NCBI GenBank assembly: GCA_001804285.1
Contig: MHFR01000008.1
Span: 2,740 to 66,739 of the forward strand
From: Candidatus Danuiimicrobium aquiferis
Lineage (GTDB): Bacteria > Omnitrophota > Omnitrophia > Omnitrophales > Danuiimicrobiaceae
Length of the DNA: 64,000 nucleotides
Reading direction: 5' to 3'
The notes below the pieces were generated by a model. The model saw nothing but the letters and a program-made list of their open reading frames with translations, was not told where the DNA came from and made no database searches. Position numbers and translations under genes: made by a program. This document shows positions 36,801 through 45,800 of the stretch, in pieces (the first letter of the stretch is position 1; every line of letters begins with the position of its first letter).

Positions 36801-39800
36801 ATCATCCCTGTTAATTCTTCCCCAAAAATATTGCCGGGATGCGGATCTGAATGGAAAACCCCATCTGCAAGTGCCGCTAAGACAATGAGCAAAATCAATC
36901 TTCTGGCCGTTCTCCTCCGCAATAAAGGATTTTTCAACTCAGTGGCTTTAATACCTTTAACAAAACTCATTTCTAAAACATTCTCATTGCTTCCGTAAAT
37001 GGCGGGCTTACTGAATCCATCCGGATAGTGTCGAACGAGCTGTCTTGCCTGTTTGGCTTCGACATTCATATTAAGTTCGCGACGGACCGCTTTTTCAAAT
37101 TCCTCAAAAAACCGGGAAGGCGACATTTGAATAGCATCAGCTCCGGTAAATTTCTCCTTCGAGTTTTCCAGTGTCTTAATCACCTCTCTGATTTTTTCTA
37201 AACCGCTTAGGATTTTTCTTTTTTTTGCAGCAGGTACGACTTTCAAAACAACTTCTTGCCCATCGTGAGTTTTCGCAAGAAATGTGTCTGCCACCGTTCC
37301 GACTTTTAATCTTTTTAAATAAGGCATTTCGATTGCCGCACCCTCGATGGGCACCAACGCTTCGACAAGCGGTTTCCCATAGTAATTTTCAACGGAACGG
37401 ACTATCTCCCCCATTTCAGCGGGCGTCCCTTGATCTTGAAAAACCTCAAACGCCTCACGCATTCCTTCCGGCACCAAGCCTTCCCTCGTACTTAAAAACT
37501 GTCCCACCTTTTCAATTCCCGCAATTCTGAAAAATTCCGCATACGGTTGGGCGGCATGCCATTCCAGAAACCGGTCTTGAAGATCTTTTCCGTTTCTATC
37601 GAAAAGAAACAGTTGAAATCCATTTAAGTCCTTTGAGTATGAACTTCCGTCAAATTCACTCAAAAAATCTTGCTTGTTGGTCTCTGCGAAATATCTCCTT
37701 GCCTGCTGATAAAAATAAGTTTGGTCCTGGGAAGGATTCTTTCCATGATATTCCCCAAATGTGTTTAATATTTTTTCCTGATCACCCGCCGATAATCTTG
37801 AAAAGAACTCCCGTAATAAAAACTGCGCCAATTGAGGCAATGATTTAAGATGTTCTGAAAATCGGGCTATTTTCTCCATATCGGGCGGTTTGGCTGTGAA
37901 AACCCAATGCGCAGCATCCTCTTCTTCAATGTGCGGTGTTTGCATCCGACCCGCCAAGTAGCCGTCAACGCTGTAAGGACTAACTCCCAAAGGCAGGGTA
38001 CGGGCCGATGATTGAGGCGCTGAATCGGCAAAAATGGTCTTAACCCGCCCTGTGAATCCGGTCCTGCTGGCAATATAGCCCTCAACCGAGTGAGGTGACA
38101 AAGAAACGACGTCAACTTTTCGAACCTGTGGAACACGGCCCAAACTTTTCAAAACTGCTTCTGCGTTGGATAGATCATTCGGCGTGTTTAAATCAAGCAG
38201 GCCGTTTTCCTCTTTCACTTCATACATTCTTAACAAGTCCGTTCCCATAAAGAAACGGAAAAGAAAACCCGTTCTTACAATTGCGAAACGATTCAACTTT
38301 TTCGTTTTTTCATAATAAGCACGGCTGGATAGCGTATCTTTATGGACAGGGCCTTTAAACCATTGGATTAATTTAAATATAAATCTGACGAGTTTAAAAA
38401 CAAATGGGTGAAATAAATGAATACTGGCAGCAACTTCATGAATATTTTCCAGTTCATCGGCAGTTAAGTAACTGCCATCTGAAAGCTTGAGGCTTCCACC
38501 TTGCTCTTTTAAAAGGTCAATCTCCCGTTGTGTTGCGATTGTGTCAAATCTTCCGTTTCTTAATCGAACGATGCGGTCTACTCCATGCGGCTGAGTAAGA
38601 TGAGTGGTTACAAAGGTATAAAGCGCGGGCCAGCCACGCGGCGGTGAATGAATATGCATGGCATCAAAAATAATTTTCGGATTCGTAATGATCACATCTG
38701 CCGGCACGATCAATATGTGCTTGGACCTAAATTGATCTTGATATAAATCATACGGGGTAAATGCGGCATTCAGAGTACCAATATTGACCGGCACGACGGT
38801 GCTATGCGTCTGTTTTGCTGCTTCACTCACTCGAGAATCCGCTTGCGGATGCTCACCATTCAATACGGACACAAAAGATGTCAATCCGATTTCATCTGCT
38901 GTATCCAAAAAATACCGCATAAGCGGCTTCCCTGCCACATTTCTAATTTGTTTCGGCGTGGTATCCCCATCTGAAAACATCCGGCCGCTCGTTCCAGCAG
39001 CTAATTGAATTGCAACCCAAGAACTTAATTGATCTTTTCTGTCATTTTGTTCGCTCAATTTCTGAAAATCATAATGATGGACATCAAGAACAAAACGATA
39101 ATCAGGGATGAAAGGCGTAAACAGTGATGCTATCCGATTAGGAACAAGTAGGTGCGCTAATATCCATGCCACAAACCAATTCTTTTGATCAATCCGCGTA
39201 CTTCGAAGCAAGTGTTGCTGTCTGGCTTTATTAATGTCCTGTGCAACAAAAAGAGTTTTGGCTGCCCTTACCTTTTCGAAGAGAAATTTTGAAAATGTTC
39301 CTTCAATGATGATCATGGTATTCGGTTTTAGTGATTCGGAATTGATCATGTCTTTATTTAGGGCTTGCGAGAAGGATTGAATCTTTTCTTCATCAACATA
39401 ACAATTCGCAAGATAATGGATGAGTATTTTTTTCACGGTTTTACTTGGAATAACGGAAGCAAACAAACTGAAGGCAAAACCAAATAAAATCTGAAATACT
39501 AATTTAAATCCCCATGCCCGTGTTCGAGAAAAATCGCTCGTTTTGACCAGAATTACTTCACGCCCTCTTTGTTTTAAGAATGCCTGATATTCTTTGGCAA
39601 ATGTTGATTTCCCAACGCCAGGGACGCCATCTATCACAAGAATGAGATTCCGTTCTTTATCCTTCAAGAGTGAGGATGTTAATTTCTCAAACACTTGAAT
39701 ACGTTCAGAAACTGTTCCCACAGCGGCAGAAGATTCATTCCGTAGCTCGGAGCGAGGATTCATTTCCTCCTCGCCTGGAGCAGTCATTGACTTAACCAAA

Positions 39801-42800
39801 GTCAAGGGCATTTCGGCACGTCCGCCTTCGGCGGGAGTTTCGTTGCGCACTTCGGCCCTCGCAAAAGACTGCGAGGACACTCCCGCGCCGCGATCAATCA
39901 TCGACTTGGCACTATTTTCAATGTCGCGAGCTTCGGCCCTTGCAGCGGCATCATCTGGTCTTCGCCGCAACTGCAAGGACTCTTGTGCGTTTGGATCGCC
40001 CAAAACGGGGACAGGTTCTGATTTCACTGATACAGAACCTGTCCCCGTCTTTGGCGTGAAGTTGCGCACTTCTGACCGTCCTTGATTCAAATTTGAAATG
40101 AGTTTTTCGACACGCGGACGAACGGCTGACCAATTTGCATCGGCTTGAATCAAGTCGAGTAAATATCTGATTCGCGCTTCGACCTGACTGCTCACACGGG
40201 TCAAATACGGAATGTGATATTCGATTAATGAATTCACGAGCGCTTCGTTTTCTGAACGCACAAGACTGCGAACGAGAAGCGCAACAGCATCATAAGGATT
40301 ACCTTGATGGAATGGTTGTTCCTGATTGATCCAGCGCGTCACGTCCTTTGCTTGAATTTGATCAAGCTCACCCGGAACAACAAACCCGGCAATCATCAAT
40401 TCATCCGCCGGATCGTTATAACGCGTCATCCTGCGCGCACGGTTAATCGCAGCCGCCGCTTCAAGCGTTAGCAACTCACCGATCGGCACTTTAAAAAGCA
40501 TCTGCCGGTAAAGCTCAATATAATTTTTCGTTCGATTCAGCCAGCGATTATCCTGAATCAGCACTTGATACCGAATTTCACGTTCCGCCGCAGGATGATC
40601 TGCAAAAACCGTATAATGTTCGCGAGCCGATTTGAACCACTCAACGGGATTAAACAATTGAAACGCTTCAGCAAAATGAATATCGCCTTTATTAAAAGTA
40701 ATGGCACTGTCTTTCAGACCGTCCCGCCACGTTAAATGCCGAGGGACGCCGTACGCCGCAGCTTCTTGATTGCTGAGTCCGCCCGGTTCGAACGAAGACG
40801 GCATTCCGAACCGATCGGACCCCGAATAAATCAGTTCATAAAACGGTTCACTCGGTTCCACACGTCTGCCGATGTATCGAAATTGATTCGGAAAGCGAGC
40901 AGCGATATCGCCAAAACCTTGATCGTAAAACCTCCCTTTGTCCACAGCGCCGGCAATCACAAACTGTAAATCCGGATTCAATACCATGGCAACCTCAGCA
41001 GCCCGAAGTGCCCCCCGTTGATTTGTCCACGCATAGTCTTGAAGCTTTTTTTGCTCTTGGGCAGTAAGTTCATGGGCAATCCCCATTTCTTCAAAAAATC
41101 CTCCCGCTGTCCGCAAAATACCGGACTGATCGCCGCCGCGCCAAATTTCTGCCAGCAATAATTGATGCCCTTTTTGATCTCCGATCCGGTGCAGCATCGA
41201 ATAAACAAACTTTTCGCGATTCGTTTCTAACCCCACGGCCGCTTGAAGCCTTGCTTTTTGCAAGGGTTGGATGAACTCCGTAACCATGGCCGCAAGTTTT
41301 CTGCGTTCGGAGTCGTGCCCGATTTCCTGAAAACTGCGGATTGCCAGGTCCGGACGCGCCAGCACTTGCTCCAGCCAGTCCCGGTACTCAGGCCAGTCCT
41401 TATTCCATTCGTGATCATTCATTTTCTCGCGAATGGAATCTTGCACGCTAACCATGTTGAAGAAAGTTATCTTAAGTAATTGTTCGCGGCGGCTGAGAAT
41501 CGCATGTTTTTTTTGCCGATATTCGTCCGCACTTTTGGCTTGAATGTCTGAAATCTTACCGAAGGCGTCGTTCGGTTTTAAGATACGGTGGATTTCGCCG
41601 TAACGGTCATCATTTTCAATCACATTCTTAAGCGCCGCGAAAACGGCTGACGGGTTATCAAGCACGCACCGAATTAAATTCTCAAAACTTGTAAATGTTC
41701 TTTTCATCGCCGGCATTTTCATTATCTTTTTCATTTTGCGCCTGAGGTCGTGATTTTCGGAAAACATTTTTTTCATAAACGTCCGCTGACGCCCCACTAA
41801 ATCGAAGCCGTTCGGTGTGCCGTCATACGCACCCTTCTTTTTTGTCCCCGTCTCCGGATCAACAACTTCCTCTTCATTCCTTTGATTGAGCAGCGCGACT
41901 AAGTCCCCAAACTCTCTCGTGTACAGATCCACTAAACTTCGATCGTGATAGCCGCCGCTGACGGTTCTGAAATGGGCCGCTGTTTTAACTGCCGTATAGG
42001 CCGGATTAATGACATTCCACTCGCCAATATTCACTAAAATATCCCAGTCGGCGGACGGCCACATACCCAGATCGCTTACGATCATCGCATCACGTTCGGC
42101 TTCGTTATCCGCCGTTATACGGCCCTGATAAGCCCAATGGAGACTATGCCCGGTCGAAAGTACTTTCGTTCTATTCAAGTGCGGATCATGTTTCAATCCG
42201 GTCAAACCCGGATCGATGCGATCTCTCCCGTCAAGATATGCTTTCACGTAAGCGGTCGCCCAATCATTTGTATGAATGACGCCGGCGTGAATATTCATCT
42301 CGCGAATCGCAAGAAGCGTCCCCAAAGAAAGCATCCGTGCAAACCGGAGTTTGAAATTTTTCTTCCCGTCATACGCACTCGTGTCTCCTACTCTCAGGCG
42401 ATTGAAATAGCGGTCGTTTTCCAAATAAAGAACGCGGACTCCCTCGATATACGCTTCATAAATTTTCATTTCGGCGGATTCTTCCCCGTGTGCGCCGAAT
42501 TTCACCGTCACCGCTCGGCCGGTATCTTGCGGATGATATTTTGCAAACATCGTATGCTTTTCATTCCAGAACATCGGAACAACAACCGTCACCGGAATTC
42601 CTAATCGTGCAAGCTCTTTCGCCTGATCGCTGACATAAAAGCCAAGACCGCCGCTGCTGACGCTCCAATCCGATTCCGGAGAAGATAAAACGACCTCTCC
42701 GATATCATGTCCTCTCAATATCTGAATCGCATGAAATGACGCGTGCGGCGTAGCAGACCTGGTTTCCTCCGCAAATCGGACAGCAATGTCGATCAACATT

Positions 42801-45800
42801 TTGTGAATTCGCTCTTCAAACTCTTTACGATAAATCACAACATCATGAAATAAACTCGTCAGATCCCCGATCCGGATATCCGGATTCTTCACGACCAAAT
42901 CAGACAGCATATGGAATAATGACCCGAAAACAGCCGGATTGCTCCCGTTGATTTCAAGCGCCCGCGTAAGTTCACGCGAAGCGAAACTGCTCTCGAACCG
43001 GCCCTGAGAACCATATTTTTTGTAGCGGAGAAGCGAGTCTCTCAGGAGTTGCTGATACGCGGCGTTTCCAAATTTCGGAATCGTTTTACTTTTCCGGAAG
43101 AAACGAAGCGCCTTCGTCTCAAAAATATCGAGTGGCTTCCGAAGTCCCAAACCGAGGTTAGCTATTTCCCTCCCCGTAAACTGCATCCTTCGGATTCGTC
43201 GACTCTTGGCGCCAGAAGAAGGAATTTCGCGTAATTCATACACCGCGTCATCATCAAACAGGCCGAGCCCTTTTCCGTTCTGCATCGCGTCATCCGGATG
43301 AAAATTAATATCCGCCGCATAACGGGATCCTTGATGTGAAAGAAATAGAAAAAACTGATCGTCTTCAATCGGCTGGGCGATTCCTAAAACGCGGTCATGT
43401 CCGGCATCAAACGCAATCGGCCGATGAGATTCGAAAGCAGCTTCCAAATCCGGAACCCGCTTCGCTAACTTATCAAAATGCTCCTCATACCACGAAAGCG
43501 CGGTTTGTCCACCGGTTCTTACTTCAGACCGGGACATCGAACCTTCGGTCCCGCGGTGGTCCTCTTTTAAATACATCGTAATAAAAACAATTTTTCCGCT
43601 GACGCGCTCATTAACGCGATCTCCCGTCCTCCTGACAAGCCCTTCGTAATCAGCTACTTCGACATTTATGAATTCGGTTGCGTCGCCATAATTTTTCAAA
43701 TACCGAAGGAGTGATTGAACAACCGCTGCATATTCGGCAGGTGGAAAGGAGAACCAGCGCAATTCGTCTAAATCAGGGTGGCTCCATCCAGCTCCACGAT
43801 CATAATGAATCGAAAACGCGTTGATTCCGTGCGAATTATTTCTGTTTTCTGTCATTAAAACCCGTCTCAACTCTTCCATGCTGAGAACCCGCCCCACATG
43901 CAAAGACTCCACGTTATTGACTTCGCGTATCCCTCCTGTTTGAAGGCGGAGAAGCCCGGGCTGATGAGACGCCCATTCCGGCTGGCCACTCAACGCCCTC
44001 GCTTCGGCCCTTAACGCCGATTCATTCGGCGTTGTGAAGGGACGAGCTGTACTCGCAGCAACCTTCTCGTCAATACGAGGCTGCGAGTGCGCTTCGGCTC
44101 TCGCTTCATGAGACACGAGACGCGAAACAGGAGACACGTTTTCACTTACCGCTTGTCTCATGTCTCTTTCCCCTTCTATGCGCACCTCAGCCCTCGCTAA
44201 AGAGTCATCACCCGCAGACAGCCCATGAACTTCAATCGCCGGACCATCCGAAATTAAGTCTGTTTTTCCCAATTCGGTCAAAACACTCTGGATGACCGCT
44301 CGAATTTCACTCCGGTGATATTCGGCATCTTGGAGACCAATTTTTTCGCGCATCACATTCAGCGGAATACGCGCCGGACTTGACTGCGGAATATGCGAAG
44401 TGGCCGGCTCAAAGCTTGGCTTTAACAACATCCGTTCGTCATAGATAGTTTGCGGAACAATAGAATGAATTTTCGGAGAAACAGTGAGAAACGGAACGGA
44501 TCGGCGCTTCATCATAGCTTCAAATCCATCCGTATGAAAACCGCCGGTAACCAAGATTGATTTTGCATGCTTTCTTTGATGCCTGGCCCTGAGATAATTG
44601 CGAAACATCATTTTTTCCCGCTGAAATGCAAGCGTGTAGAAGCGGAGGCATTCGGTAAAGAGCGCGTTGAACTGATCATCATTGAAATTCGCACTCTTGC
44701 TATCCCCGCCCAGCTCCTCTGTCATTCCCGCGAAGGCGGGAATCCAGCTGGATCCCCGCTTACGCGGGGATGACAACCGTTCCATCATCACATCCGGCAT
44801 CAACTCTTCTTTTCTTTTCACCACGCTTTGAAACTCGTCCCGTGTTAATTCGAGAGCAAAAAGAGATTTCAGCAATTGATAATCGTCGATCGTTTTGACA
44901 AACGCCCGCTCTTTTTCGTTCGTAGTCAATGCATTTAAAATTTCATCCGTCAGCTTTTTAGTTTCTTCGTGAATTTTATTCGCATCAAGTTCTTCGGCAA
45001 GTACCCGCCCAGACCAATAATGAACCATGCGGGGATAGGATGAAAAAGCAAAACCCTTATTTGCCGCTTCCAAATAAAAAGATTCCAGAAGTGCACGGGT
45101 ATTTGTCAACTGTCCTTCGTCCCCGGGCTTCTGAGAATTTCGTTTAAAAAGATATTCATACCGGGTTATCCAGCTTCCTAAATCGTGCTTTCTGATCCAG
45201 TCACTCAGCTGCGTCTCTTCCTTTTGATATTCAACTTCCGGAATCTTCCGGGATTCTTTTTCTAAATCCTGCATCGTAAAATACCGCACAAGCTGCGGAT
45301 GTGTGATTTGATGTTTGGCTTCATGCAAATCCAAATCTATAAATTTCGCGGCCGACCTCCCCAAAAACTCCAGGTAAGAGGCGAACTCGGCGGAATCATT
45401 TCGGTAACTTACATATTCGCGCACAAATTCCCTCAGGTTTGAATTAAGCGCGGTTGCCTCAACATTCTTTAATTGTTCTGCCACGCTCGCCAAATATTGC
45501 TCTGCGTTTTTCTTTTGCTCGTATACTTTTCTGAAACTGAATAAGTTTTCCCGGTAAAGATCCGCGTCTTCAAGCCCATAAAGCTTGACACTCCCCTTTT
45601 GCTGCAGGTGAAATAATTCAACCCCGCCGATTTCTCCGATTTCCAGTAACCGTTCGGCGACTTTTTTATTCAGCGAATCGTCTTTAAAAAAACGGAGCAA
45701 GTCGGGAGAAATTTCACCGGCGAGACCGCCTTCCAGAAAAATCGTGTCAAAGCCATACTCGCTTTTCAGGTGAGACAGTAAATTTCCGATATTTTTCTGC

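Noticed and set aside
36821-36850. I considered whether the UbiB-like region (HSDPHPGNI) could be a separate, stand-alone ubiB gene merely adjacent to other genes.
   Set aside because: There is no stop codon or start context on either side, and it is in the same frame as the flanking domains. I treat it as a domain of the giant ORF, but resequencing could change this.
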